DNA of 64,000 nucleotides, from NCBI RefSeq assembly GCF_006345805.1, contig NC_043004.1:26846001-26910000 (forward strand). The letters are read 5' to 3'. This stretch comes from Octopus sinensis. Taxonomy: Eukaryota. The notes under the pieces were generated by a model that did no database searches, was not told the DNA's origin, and saw only the letters and a list, made by a program, of their open reading frames with translations. A program made the translations under genes and the position numbers. Below, piece after piece: positions 37,435 to 50,457 of the stretch (position 1 is its first letter; each line of letters starts with the position of its first letter).

Positions 37435-40298
37435 ATGTAAGGTGATTGAGGTAGTCAGACTATGTGACAAGGTTCTTAAGCTCAGGCTAGTTTTGCAGAA
37501 TAGCACAGCAACAATCATCTCTGCCGATATCCCACAACCAGGCCTGTCAAATGTACAAAAGGACTGTTTTTATAACACTCTTTTGCAGGCTACATTGAAG
37601 AGAGGTGACAGTGACCGTATCTCCATGGCTGATGATTTCAATGGGCATGTTGGGCAGCACTCAGGTGTCTTCCAGTGGGTGTATGGTGGCCATGGAATTG
37701 ACTCTTGAAACAAAGAAAGAACAAAGCTTCTGGAGTTCTGTGATGCAAGTGACCTAACTATATGTAACACCAACTGGCCAGCTACCTGATAACCTATAAA
37801 TCTGGTGACCATGCTAGCCTGATCGACTAAATTCTCACCAGAAAATAGGATTCATGGTTGTTCTTGAATGCAAAGTCCTTCCCTGGTGAAGAGTTTACCC
37901 CTCAGCATAAGTTACTCATTAGTGAGTTCAAACTGCAAGCACAAATGATTCCAATATGAAAACCAGTTTAGAAAAGAAAGATCTGGTTTAGGGACCTCCT
38001 AACCGAAGCATTTCATGGGAAAGAGTAGGTGTTGCAGACTTGCAATATAGAGGATAACTGGGAGTTCCTATGAGAAAACTTACTGAGGGCCACAGACCAA
38101 ATTTATGGGTGGTGCAATGTCCCATCCAGACCTGGGGGTGACATAATGATAGAACAAAGTACTTGATAGGGCCATTAGAGCAAAGAAACAAGCTTGAAAA
38201 AAACTGGAAGAGTGGTGGTAGCAAGGAGCTATATCAGGCAGCAGAAGGGAAGCCAGGAAGTAGGTATACAAAGCCGGGGGTGATGCAGAAAGGAAGAAGT
38301 TTACCAATGTTCTGCAGTATGAGGAACAGCAGCATGAAGTGTTTCGATTTGCAAGACAGCGTGCCAGACAGGGAAAATTGCAGTGTTGTGGGAGAGAAGT
38401 GTGTTCACATGTATGATGGTTCACTTGTAGTTAGTGACTCTGCAATGAAAGATGCTTGGAAGTGCCACTATGAAAGGCTACTAAATGTAGAGAACTCACG
38501 GAGATGGAGAGTCTACCTAAAGTTGATCCAACAGAGTGACTAGCTCTACAAATAGATAGTAGAATTGTAGACAAAGCCATGAAGGATATGAAGATGGGGA
38601 GAGATCAAGTGGTGAAAGTCCTGGAGAGGGTTACAACCCAACTAATTAGGGAGAGAGTTAGTCCAGATGAGATGCAGTTTCATTTTTATGCTTAGGAGTA
38701 GCTCCACTGATACTATATTTCTGGCAAGGCAGCAGCAGGAGAAATACCTAGCCAAAGATAAACCTCTGTATCTGGCTTTTGTTGACATGGAGAAAGCCTT
38801 TGACAGGATCCCCTAATCTGTTATCTAGAATTCAATGAGGAAACTAGGGATAGTCGAGTGGTTGGTGAGAGCTGTACAAGCCATGTCCAGGGATGCAGTC
38901 AGTAAGGAGAGGGTTGGCAACGAGTATAGCGATGAATTCAGGGTAAAAGTAGGGGTTCCCCATAGATCAGTCCTCAGCTCCACTTGTTCATCATAGTCCT
39001 CCAGGCAATAACAGAGGAATTTAAGACAGACTGCTTCTGGGAGCTCCTCTATACTGATGACCTTGTTCTCATGGCTGAATCACTACCAGAGCTTGAGAAA
39101 AAATTTCAGGCGTGGAAGCAAGATCTGGAATCAAAGGGCCTTAGAGTTAACCTAGCAAAAATCAAAGTCTTAGAAAGTAGGAAAGCAGACAAATCACAAA
39201 TCCCTTCAGGAAGATGGCCCTGCTTGATCTGTAGGAAAGGTGTAGCTAGAAACTCCATAAGATGTACCAAGTGCAAGCTAGGGACACATAAGAGGTGCAG
39301 CAATATCAGAGGAAGATTAACTGAGAAAATAGTTTTTGTGTGTGGAACATGCACAAGTACAACAAACAGTGAAAATGTACAGAAAATAGACTCCATCGAC
39401 TGCCAGCAGGGTTAGCGAAAGTTAGTTGATAGCTGCTGTTATTTAGAGGATCAAGTCATTAAAAAGGTGGATGCCCCGAGAGCATAGCTGTGAAAATAAG
39501 AATAGGCTGGAAAAGTTCAGAGCTCCTACTCCTGTTGGCATCAAAGAGCTTCTCCCTCAGAGTGACAGGTAAGCTGTATGATGCCTGTGTGCAAACAAGC
39601 TATGCTACACAGCAGTGAAACATGGGCTTGAAAGAAATGAAGCTAGTACGCTTTGATGGCTGTGCAATGTCAGTGTGCATATACGACAGAGTATAAGCAT
39701 CTTGAGAGAAAAGTTGAACATAAGAGGGATCAGGTGTAGTGCGCAAGCAAGACAAATGTGCTGGTATGGTCATGTGATGCATTTGGACAAGGACAGTTGT
39801 GTAAAGAAGTGCCAATCTCTAACTGCAGAGAGAACTTGTGGTAGAGGTAGACCCAGGAAGACATAGGGCAAGGTGGTGAAGTATGATCTTTGAATGTTGG
39901 GCTTCATGGAGTCAATGATTAGAGACTGAGATTTTTGGTGATGGGCTGTGCTTGAGAAGACCGGTCAAGCCAAGTGAAATCGTTGTTGTGGCCAATGCTG
40001 GTGTCATGGGGTAACTGGCCCCATGCATATGGCATGAAAAAGGCACCATTCAAGCATTGGGCCTAATTGAGGCATTGTGGCTGATGCTGGTGTCATGTAA
40101 CTGGCACCCACGCCAGTGGCGTGTAAAAGCATCCATTACACTCTCAGAGTAGTTGGCATTAGGAAGGGTATCCAGCCATGGAAACCATGCCATATCAGAC
40201 TGGAGTCTGTTGCAGCCCCTCAGCTTGTCAGCCCTGATCAAACCGTCCAACCCATGCCAGCATGGAAAACAGATGTTAAACAACGATGGTGATGATGA
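37420..40298 (+). mobile_element. RTE-clade LINE, 5'-truncated and decayed (APE + RT + zinc-finger-like insert, GAT tail)
   Basis: DFNGHVG, LLEFCDA.DL.I.NT; AFVDMEKAFDR; LLYTDDLVL; WPC.ICRKGV..NSI.C..C...HKRCS; R..WYGHVM; tail gttaaacaacgatggtgatgat. Confidence 0.95.
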
Positions 40299-41007
40299 TA
40301 CAATGTACTCCTTTCAGCTTCATTCCACAAAAATCTATTCACAAGGCTTTGGTTGTCCTGTGGCAATTGTAGATGATATTTGCATGTCATGCATTGGAAC
40401 TGAACTCGCTATTATGAGATTGGGAGGCAAACATTTTAATCACACAACAATACTGACACTTAATCACACCTGTGCTCTATGTCACTTTATGCTAATATGA
40501 CACATACACATATGCAAATTTATTATATGATTTCTGTTATTGATTTTATTGATCAGTTGATTTTGAATAAGACAATGGATCCATCAATCATTTGATTACA
40601 TAGAAGACAGATATATTCAACCCACCTCTGTCATTTGGTTTTTCGCTGTAAAAGACTAGTGGTTAGGAGGAAGGAGAAATGAAAAATATCTGCATCTATG
40701 TTGCTTATCCACTGAGTTATTTCTATACCCAACCACCAGTGTTTTGACAGTAAACATGTTATTATGACGCATCTATGGCAACAAGGACTCGATAAATTTT
40801 GGCAAGAAACTGAAGAATCAATAACTTAAATGGAGAAAGTCAGTTGATTGCATTCTTTGTTTTGTCAACTAATTGAGATTAAAATCAATTTCATTAGATT
40901 AAATGAGATGATATATACATACTTATATATATACATACATACATATATATATACATACATATATGTCTATGCACATAATGCACATACACACACAAACACA
41001 CACACAC

Positions 41008-41058
<51 letters not shown>

Positions 41059-42283
41059 CATGTGTGCTTGTATTTGCATGTGTATATGTGTAATCAATGA
41101 CTGTAGAACTTTAGCAATTTTTAATGAAGAGGTGATTATGAGTTGGGTTGTGAAATGATTAACGAAGAGGACAGGTCCATTTCTGAAAATAATTGGAAGA
41201 CATAGCTGCACGAAATTGAAGGAAAGGAAATACATCAAGAAAAATTTATTCTGACAGTCAACAAGGAAATTGGTTTGGAGTTTTGTTATTGTTATTGTTG
41301 GAATTGTTGTTGTTTTTGTTCTTGTTGTTTCTCTTGCTGTTGTCATTTTCTTTGTTGATGTTATTATTTTCATAATTGTTGCCTTTGTTATTACTGTTGT
41401 TGTAACTGTTGCCATCATTCTTGTTACTGTTGTTATTGATGCTTGCATTGCCACCAGCATTGCTGTTATGCAAATTTGTTGTTTGTCTGATCAGTGCCTT
41501 GCTAACTCTTGTAGTTGCCATCATCGTTGTTAGTGTTGTCGATGCTGCTGTTAGCCTCATTCGTGTCAGTCTGTATCAAAATGCATTTTAGCCATGACCA
41601 TCTCATCTATTTTTTCCAGAATCATTGTATCTAGACCACAATAATGAATGGTGGTGGTGGTGGTGGTGGTGGTAGAGGCAGCTGCTGCTTCTGATGCTGC
41701 TGCTGCCACTGTCATCACAGGCAGCAGCAACAGCAGCAGCAGCAGCAGTAGCACCACCACCACCACCACCAACATCCCAGCAGAGACCCATGAGAGTATC
41801 AGATATGTTATATCATTCTTGAACCTTTTCAATGATGTATACTTGGTAATCACATGCCTAAAATGAAATCTGTCCCTTCTGTTATTTAAGAAGCAGTGAA
41901 TTATACATTCACTGATACTGAAAAAGAATTTAGTGTATGCAATTCAAAAAGCATTAATTAAAATAGCCATCTACATATCAGACTTAATGCATATACGTAG
42001 CTGACAGGTAAGATGCTAGAGGTGTATATACTTAGTATGATACATAGCTTATACTGTTTGGTTTCATGTAGACTATCTTTGAGTATTTTTCTCTGGTTCT
42101 TCTGTGTTGAAATATGTCTGACAGAACTTTACACATTCAGCTCACTCACCAACCTTTTTGATATTGCTTGAGAAATTTGACTGTGTGGATCCAGTGCTGT
42201 ATTCCTAGTGCACAGATCCATATCCGTTCTATTCTTGTATTTAATTGATGTAGACAGAGTGTGACTGAATGATTGGTTTAAAA

Positions 42284-42490
42284 ATTTTGGCATGAGGCCG
42301 CCAATTTCAGGTGAGGAGGTAAGTTGATTACATAGATCCCTGTGCTCAACTGGTACTTATCTTGTTGACACTGAAAGAATGAAAGCAAAGTTTACCCCAG
42401 TGGCATTTGAACTCAAAACATAAAGAGAAACGTTGGATCAAATGCTGCAAAACATTTCGCCCAGCATGCTAACAATTCTGCTAGTTTACT
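42284..42490 (-). mobile_element. tRNA-derived SINE family C, diverged
   Basis: Homologous to 12284-12484. Confidence 0.7.
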
Positions 42491-42863
42491 CTCTTAGTAT
42501 GACTGAATGATTTAGAAGTTCACTTTGCAGCTGTAAGGCGCCAGGATTAATCCTACTATATGATGTTTTGGACAAGTGTCATTCAGTGACAACTATATAC
42601 AATTCCATTCAATGGAGTTTTACCTGAACTTCAAACATGACCTAGTCACTGTCACATTCATTCCACCACAGAAGGATATACATACCTGTGGAATACTCAG
42701 CCACATAGATTCTAATTCAATGAGTTTGGTAGTTCAGTTGATCCAGCAACTGCAAAAATTCATGGTCAGAAATTTTGACTGCTGTCCATTTAATTCATAC
42801 AGAATTTAAATAGTTGTAAGTGAATGCTATAAGATGTATGACATGGACTGGGGTTTAATCTGG

Positions 42864-43075
42864 TGGAGATCATCATCATCATCGTTTAACGTCTGTTCTC
42901 CATGCTAGCATGGGTTGGACGGTTCGACCGGGAATCTGGAAAGCCAGAAGGCTGCACCAGGCTCCAGTCTTATCTGGCAGTGTTTCTACAGCTGGATGCC
43001 CTTCATAACGCCAACCACTCCGTGAGTGTAGTGGGTGCCTTTTACGTGCCACCTGTACAAGTGCCAGGCGAGGCT
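42864..43075 (-). mobile_element. RTE LINE 3' tail fragment
   Basis: catcatcatcgtttaacgtc...ccatgctagcatgggttggacgg... Confidence 0.85.
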
Positions 43076-43339
43076 GGCAGATGATTATCCTTAACCTTTT
43101 GGAGATAGAGCTTCATTTGGAGTTCAGTGCCAAGTAGGTTGAGCCATTTATGACCTAGGGACCTCCTCGTAAGGTGAGTGTTCCTGAGAAAGTTGACAGC
43201 ATACTTATTAGTCACTCTGACAAACATTTGAATGAGATTCCATGTGAAAAACAGCATAAAGTATTCCACTGGGATGTTTATGCGTTGTGGCGTATTACTA
43301 GGCACTATATTTTCTAAAAACTCATAGGGATTATCTCTA

Positions 43340-43515
43340 TTATCATCATCATCATCATCATCATCATCGTTTAACGTTCGTTTTCCTCGCTAGCACGGGT
43401 TGGACGGTTCGACCGGTGTCTGGGAAGCCAGGGGCTGCACCAGGCTCCAGTCTGATCTGGCAGTGTTTCTACAGCTGGATGCCCTTCCTAACGCCAACCA
43501 CTCCGCGAGTGTAGT
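43340..43515 (-). mobile_element. RTE LINE 3' tail fragment
   Basis: Same motif as the other tails. Confidence 0.85.
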
Positions 43516-44094
43516 ATTACTAGCACTAATGCCACAATACCATCATACCATCATCGTCGTCGTCGTCATCGTCGTCATCATCATCATCATTTTATCTAGT
43601 TCAGTATCCCTAATCCTAAGCCAAGGGTTCACAACATTATCATCACCATCATTATTTTGATCTTCATTACTTTCTTGGTTGTTTTAACCAGCTTCAGTGT
43701 CAGATTCACTGGTAGGCTGAGAGAAATCAGACTTGCTAAGGATGTTTTCATCAGTGCCACTGTTGGACATGGTGAAATTTCATGATGTTCACTTGGCACA
43801 CACACACACACACACACACACAAAAAAAAATCGATGTAAAATCACAGAACTCAGCAAATTATCATGGAAGCTGCCGTTGACAGGTCCAGATGTGTAAGAA
43901 ATGTAAGAAACAATCTAATTGGCTGGTACGAAGACCAGCCAGCTAATCTTGAGGCTTGTATTATTGGGCTGATGGATTGGCTCAGTCATCTTCATCATCC
44001 AACTTTTTGGCTGATAGATTGGCCCTGCCATCTCCTAGGGGTTAATCTCTATTACACCCCAAAATATAATTTGTTATGTGTGTAGTGTGACCTT

Positions 44095-44500
44095 GTCATC
44101 ATCATTTAATGTCTGTTTTTCATGCTGGCATGGGTTGGACATTTTGACCAGCGCTGCCAAACAGGAGAGTGGCACCATGTTGCAGTATGATTTGATTTAT
44201 TTTCTACTGCTAAATGTCCTTCCTAATGCCAACAATTTTACAGTGTTTGCTGGGTGCTTTTAACATGGAACTGACATGGGCACCTTCACGTGGCACTGGT
44301 ACAAGTGCTTTTTATGGAGCACCGACACAGAGCTGTTGCAGGCCAATCCTCTTCATCAAGAGGAGTGGCATTAACACTTCTGCTGTGGAAGACTGGTCAT
44401 TTCGATAACAGCAAGGTGCCAGATATCTCAGTCCTTTGTCATCCTCTTTGCAAGTCATCCTTCAGCACTTCATCCCACGTCTTCCTGGGTCTCCCAATTC
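44095..44500 (-). mobile_element. Diverged RTE 3' UTR and C-terminal fragments
   Basis: Degenerate tail motif at 44095-44340; tcccacgtcttcctgggtctccc is the reverse complement of the GRPRKTW-coding end. Confidence 0.6.
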
Positions 44501-44560
44501 CATGTTTCCATTCATATTGTATTCTCTCAGTTGGCTTATTGATAGAATAGAGTAAGAGAG

Positions 44561-44615
<55 letters not shown>

Positions 44616-46133
44616 TAATAGTCAATGACTCAACTGGTTATATAACTAGTGTTGATGTATAGTTAAGTGGTTCTCAGTTTATTACAAGTACTATGACTCC
44701 TGGAGAGATGTAAAACCATGCTGATTTTGACAGGGTTGAATGCAGAACATAGAGCCATAAATCTTAATCCAACATTCTATTTTATTTATTCACTAATTCT
44801 TCCCCTAATTTCTATTAATACCATAATCATCAATGATCAATTAAAGAATGTACAATTTGTTGTGAAGTACCTACAGATAAACCCTGTTAACCTTCCTTCC
44901 CACTTCACTCCATTTTCATGGCTATGATGGTTCGACCTCACATATTCATTGATCCTGATCTCTTATTCTTATCATAAATAATTAAATATAATCCTTATAA
45001 TTCAATAATGGTTCTAGGTTCTATATTGGCAATGGTAACTCCAATAACATCCACCATAAGTCTATGTTATCAGCAGAGGTCGGGAGGGACAGCAGATGAG
45101 GACATATCTAAGATTTTGACTAGATTCCTTCATTTGGCTAATTTAACTATGAAGCTAATCCTCTGACCCAAAGCTTTGATTCTTTTGATGCATTTCCATT
45201 TGCAGGGATTACACGAGCTAATGAAGGCCAAATGTAAACACTTTTGTTGTTGTCATTGTCATCATCATCATCACTATGTAACTATCCTCCTCTTGTTTCA
45301 TCTCTTCTGACTCTCTACTTTATCTTCTTTTTCACCTGTTAATCCACATCAGAACCATTTCCATCACTATTACCATTATTTCACTGCTGTGGCTCCAACA
45401 CTATCACCACCATCACTGCTACCACTACCATCACCATCATCATATTCACTATTAACAGGAATAGCAATAATGCCAGTAGTTGTTGCAGCCATATTACTAG
45501 CACTAATGCCACAATACCATCATCTTAGAATTTTTTCTGTCTTCATCGTCGTTGTCGTCATCATCATCATCATTCTCTCATTTTATTTTATCTTATCGGG
45601 GGTAAAATTCTGCTATCTCTCAGTAATTTCTCTTCTTTCAACTATTTTTCTCCTGAAGAAACATTTGCCTTTTTACTTCTCATGGCTAGTTCACTTCACT
45701 CTTTTTATTGATTTTACTAATATATATATATATATATATATTATTTATATGAAGTCAATTATATGGCCAGTTATAGAGTCATGGTTTTGCATCTTCATAG
45801 AGAGCTTGTTAGACCCGTATGGCTGTGAGTATATAACCTCTTTTAAAACTGGAGATTCAAAAATGTTACAACCAATCAATTTAATTGCATATGGGGCCCC
45901 TTCATCCTTAAGGCCCCACACATGGCTAGCTATGAATATGACATAACACTTTTCTGGAATCCTAAACGAGGACCTACGGTTGTACAGGCATTGCTTAAAG
46001 TTAGTTCTGGCTGAACTGATTTATCTCTGAACTTGTGTGTTGATTGTGTCCTCACCTCTGGTATTTCTTTCACTGGCCCTTGACCTGATATTGTTACTGT
46101 TGTTGTTGCTGGTGTTGTTGGCTGCTGTTGCTG

Positions 46134-46514
46134 CTTTGTTTGTTTGTTTGTTTGTTGAGCGAAGCGGTCTTCGTCCCAGTGGGAGAAGTCCGAAACGTGG
46201 TCCTTTGCTATTCGTAAGACCCGCAGAAGAGAAAGCAGGTCAACCCCCGACACTGAGAGCATCGATGGATGTATGAATGTGCATCCAGGCTCAGCGGTTG
46301 CATAGGAAGTCGGGGACAAAAAACAGAAAGAAAGAGTGAGAGAAAGTTGGAGCGAAAGAGTACAACAGGGGTCGCCACTACCCCCTGCCAGAGCCTCGTG
46401 GAGCTTTAGATATTTTCGCTCAATAAACACACACAACGCCCGATCTGGGAATCGAAACCGCGATCCTCTGACCGCGAGTCCACTGCCCTAACCATTGGGC
46501 CATTGCACCTCCAC
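46134..46514 (-). mobile_element. tRNA(Arg)-derived SINE with (AAAC)n tail
   Basis: Head TGGCCCAATGGTTAGGGCAGTGGACTCGCGGTCAGAGGATCGCGGTTTCGATTCC aligns with the tRNA-Arg D/anticodon/T arms and is followed by ~290 bp of non-tRNA body. Confidence 0.85.
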
Positions 46515-47017
46515 TTGCTGTTGCTGCTGTTATTACAGGGCATGAGTCCAGTAATTCCACTGTTGCTGTTGCTGGCATAGTAGTCGTCTCTGGCATAGCA
46601 ATCCTCTCCAGCCATAATGTTGGTGTTTCTGTCGTTCAATGTGTTACTGCTGCCACCTCTGCCATTGTTGTCAACATTGTTGCTGAATGAGCTGCTGCTG
46701 CTATTGTTCTGATTGTTAGGGCAATTTTCAGCCACCTACTCAGCCTTACATTGGCCATCCACTGGGCAGTCATTGTATTCCCTACACAAGCAACTGGCCT
46801 CTGCTCATGTTTTAGGGGTGTTCACTAAAATTTTTTTAACATTGGGCATGCAACTAATGGAGACCCATGTGACTGCATAAAGTGCTTGTCCACTAACCGA
46901 AGGAAAATCCTTCCCACACAAGTTTTAACATTGAGAGACAAGGGTGGGGCAAACCAAATAATCTTCTAGTGGCGCTTCCTTTTGCAGGTATATATATATG
47001 TATATACACATATATCC

Positions 47018-47480
47018 TCCTCCTCATCATTTAGCATCTGTTTTCCAACTTCGCATGCATAAGAGTGTTTGACTGGGGCTGGTTAGCTGGAGAGCTGCAC
47101 CAAGCTCCAGTCTACTTTGGAATTTTTTTTATGGCTGGATGCCTTTCCTAATGCCAACCACTTTACAGAGTGCCCTGTGTATCTTTTACATGGCACTGGC
47201 ACAGGCACTTTCATGTATCACCAGCATGGGTGCCTTTTATGTATCACTAGCACTGGCCACATCTACGATTTCACAGTGAATCACCACAGTTTTCAGTCAC
47301 TTGTAATCACCCCCATGGGATTCAAAGTTTGAAGATCATACTTCACCACCCCCAACCCATATCTTCTTGGCTCTTCCTCTCCCACAGGTTCCCTCCACAG
47401 TTAGAGGCCAGGACGTTTTTTTACATAGTTGTCCTAGTCCATATGTATCACATGACCATACCAGCGCAGTCTTCTCCATA
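47018..47480 (-). mobile_element. Diverged RTE 3' tail (47018-47270) and C-terminal coding fragment (47330-47480)
   Basis: Minus strand RRLRWYGHVIHMD...VEGTCGRGRAKKIW matches the 39760-39890 region. Confidence 0.7.
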
Positions 47481-47629
47481 TATATTGGAAGAAAAAAGCA
47501 AAATATGCTCTATGGAAATTTGTTATTCTATTTATTCTTCAATTGGGAAATCAATTCTGAATTCACGATACAACAGCAACAACAACAACAACAGCAGCAG
47601 CAGCACCACCACCAACAACAACAACAACA

Positions 47630-48214
47630 AATGCCCTGATGCAGTGCCAGGCAGTGGCTCTCATGGCTTCCGATCTTAACTGATTGGAAGTGTTATGTAC
47701 ATTGTTTTGTCTTGGTATGGAAGATGGTCTACAGCAAATATTCTGCTCCATACCACAGATTTGTTTGTCAGTTGTTCAACCCTAACCAGTCGAGCATGTC
47801 CCTTAGTGATTGATGATATGTACATCTCTGATCATGCGTAGAAGTAGTGAGGGAGCATCATAGCTATGTGTTGAGAGGAATTAAATGGGGTTTGGACAAT
47901 TCACCTCTGGAAACATGGGTGTTTCGTTCATCATCCTTAAACAACTCTCATTCAGGGACCCTTTGAGCAGGATGGGCTACTTGACCTGAAGAAAATTCTA
48001 ACTGGGCCCCACTTTCAAGATTACGCACTGTTTATCTTGACATGTGATCAATATGTCAAGCACATATGGTTGTGATGCATGTGCCTGGTGTACTCTTATC
48101 TGATGGGTAGTCATGATGGGTATACTGGGCTTCATATATTTTACCCTAATGTCACTTTGGTGGCATGCACTGCTCTCTCACTCAATAATAATAATGATAA
48201 TAATAATAATGATA

Positions 48215-48265
<51 letters not shown>

Positions 48266-48376
48266 TGATGCATGTGCCTAGTGTACCCTTATCAGACGGG
48301 TAGTCATAATGGGTATACTGGGCTTCATATATTTTACCCCAGTGTCACTTTGATGGCATGCACTGCTCTCTTACTC

Positions 48377-48377
<1 letters not shown>
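47630..48377. mobile_element. ~555-bp interspersed element between (CAA/CAG)n and (AAT)n, plus a tandem duplicate of its terminal ~114 bp
   Basis: 48264-48377 repeats ~48070-48184 and each unit ends at an (AAT)n array. Confidence 0.7.
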
Positions 48378-48434
<57 letters not shown>

Positions 48435-48519
48435 GAAAATACAAATTTAACCACTTTTATGAAGGGTGATAAATTCTATTACATGTTGAATGAAATTATG
48501 TATCTGTTTTTTTGTATAC

Positions 48520-48960
48520 CAAGGTGATATTCATCTTGGCCAAATACACAGATTAATGGATACTGGACTGCATCATATGATTGGTGAGTTGCATTTATGC
48601 ACTGAATCTTATTTCCTCTTTGATGAATAATAATGTCTCTCTTTCCATACTCGCTGCCTGTAATAATTGCTGCTACTTCATTTGCAGTAGGGGCATTTTA
48701 GTCGCCTCTGTGCTCAGTAATAAGCTTTTTGTCTGCATCAATAACTATGTTGCATTCAGTGGGTGGTGCAGATTCCACTGTATACTTGAAACTTCTGATG
48801 TAGCTACTGTTTGCATGCAACATATCTTGCAGATCAAAGATTAACTCTTCTTTCAAACTTGGATGGTTACATGACCGTTGCAAAGCCTGTTCCTTGTAAT
48901 TTGCCACAAACTAGAGTTGTAAGAACAGGATTTTTGGAGTCAGTTGGCAACCAAAATCCA
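48520..48960 (-). pseudogene. Helitron Rep/helicase N-terminal region fragment
   Basis: LQ.MLH.N.SYI.SFK...E......VI.ADKK..EH...NAP.ANEVAAI..G.....RDI......I...H.SYD..QYPL. Confidence 0.8.
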
Positions 48961-49379
48961 GTACAGTGATATACTTGACCTTGAACAAAAATCAAATAGC
49001 ATTTCAACTCTGTGTGAGTATATGTGTGTATGTATGTGCATGTACAAGGGAAGTATGTGAATGTATGTGAACATCGACAAGTGTATTAATTTGATTTACC
49101 ATCCATATTTATATATAAAATACTACAATTAGCAGTCATTTTTTACAGCACGGGGCCAGCTAATTTATTTTATAAAATCCTAGAGTGTATTGCAAACTTT
49201 CATTATTGAATTGTTTTAAACTAATAAATGTCTGTTTTAAACAATGTCTTGACTGTTATTTCTAGCAACTCTTGTTGGTTTGCTTGTTAGTAGCTTTTAA
49301 ATATTTAATTTGCTCATGAATGCTTTAATGTTAACTTCATTTGTGTATATTTTAATGTTTTGACTGTTATTTCTAGCAA

Positions 49380-49790
49380 TGTTTTCTCATGCCTCTGATG
49401 AGGGAAGAGGCAGTGAACGCACTGTTTTCTGATTGGTTGAAAATTCTGAAACTTTGAACACCTGTAACATTTTTATAAAATTTTTCTGGAATAAATGAAT
49501 AAAGAACTCAAATTTAGCATAAAAAATTACATCTATATGATACATTAAAAAGTTTTTTTAAAGGTAATTGTAAACAGTGACGAAACCACAAAAATCCAAT
49601 GCACGAATTTTGAGGAACTATATATTGGCAAGGCAGGGAATACATTATTGGAACGCTCATGAGTCCACAGACAACAAATCTGGAACATAAATTCACCAAA
49701 TTCCATTGAGCAAACATATAGAAACATGTGGTCAGAAAATGTCTCTAATCTTTCCTTTCTGCAAACTATACGGCACAAGTGAGGTTGGAA
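49380..49790 (+). mobile_element. Penelope-like fragment: decayed hammerhead-like pLTR + GIY-YIG C-terminus
   Basis: CT.FEELYIG.AG.TL.ER..VHRQQI...IPLSKHIETCG...IFPF.KL; ctgatgaggga...gaaa...cacctgta at 49395-49468. Confidence 0.55.
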
Positions 49791-50457
49791 GAAAGATAAA
49801 AGAAAAATTGTTTACTAAAATGTTCAAATTTGTTCTGAATGGAAATAACAACAATAATATAACAACCAGTTAATGATGTAGATTAAAAAATATCTTTAAC
49901 AAATGTATATTTACAAATTACAGGAGACTTCCACCCATTGAAATAAAAACAATTGAAACCAACTATGTTTGCTCACTCATAAAACCATTACATGTAAACT
50001 ACAAAATAATTGGTTAAAATAAATGCAGGATCTATGACAGTAATATCGGTATGCCTGGCAAACCATGACATTTAAGTTGCATGTGGATTGGTCAAAACCG
50101 TATTCCGAAAATTCAAGAAGAAGTCAGTCATTTTACTACAGTTGTCAAGAACTCAACTGTCAGTTAAATACATTTTGAAATTTGATGATTACTACAAACA
50201 TATGAAAGCACTAATTGAACTTTATGAACATTACAAGATAATGTTTAACACAATTCACCATTGTAAGAATATTTATTTTTTTAAAATACCATTGTAAATA
50301 TTGTGAAAACCAGACCAGGTTTTAACTTTATTCAACTGATATATTATTCTATACACATTTACGCAAATTTGGAAAAAAGAATATATATATATATGTGTGT
50401 GTGTGTATATATAAGCATATATAGACATATATTCTATTTATATTATATTATATTATA

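Noticed and set aside
40894-41866. Long ORFs rich in T/N/V/A/H
   Set aside because: Degenerate trinucleotide microsatellites (GTT, GCT, GGT, CAG).
41891-43173. Strong plus-strand donors at 42007 and 43173
   Set aside because: The upstream candidate exons are closed in all frames and there is no other support.
46440-46514. Functional tRNA gene
   Set aside because: The acceptor stem cannot pair and the sequence continues into a SINE body and tail.
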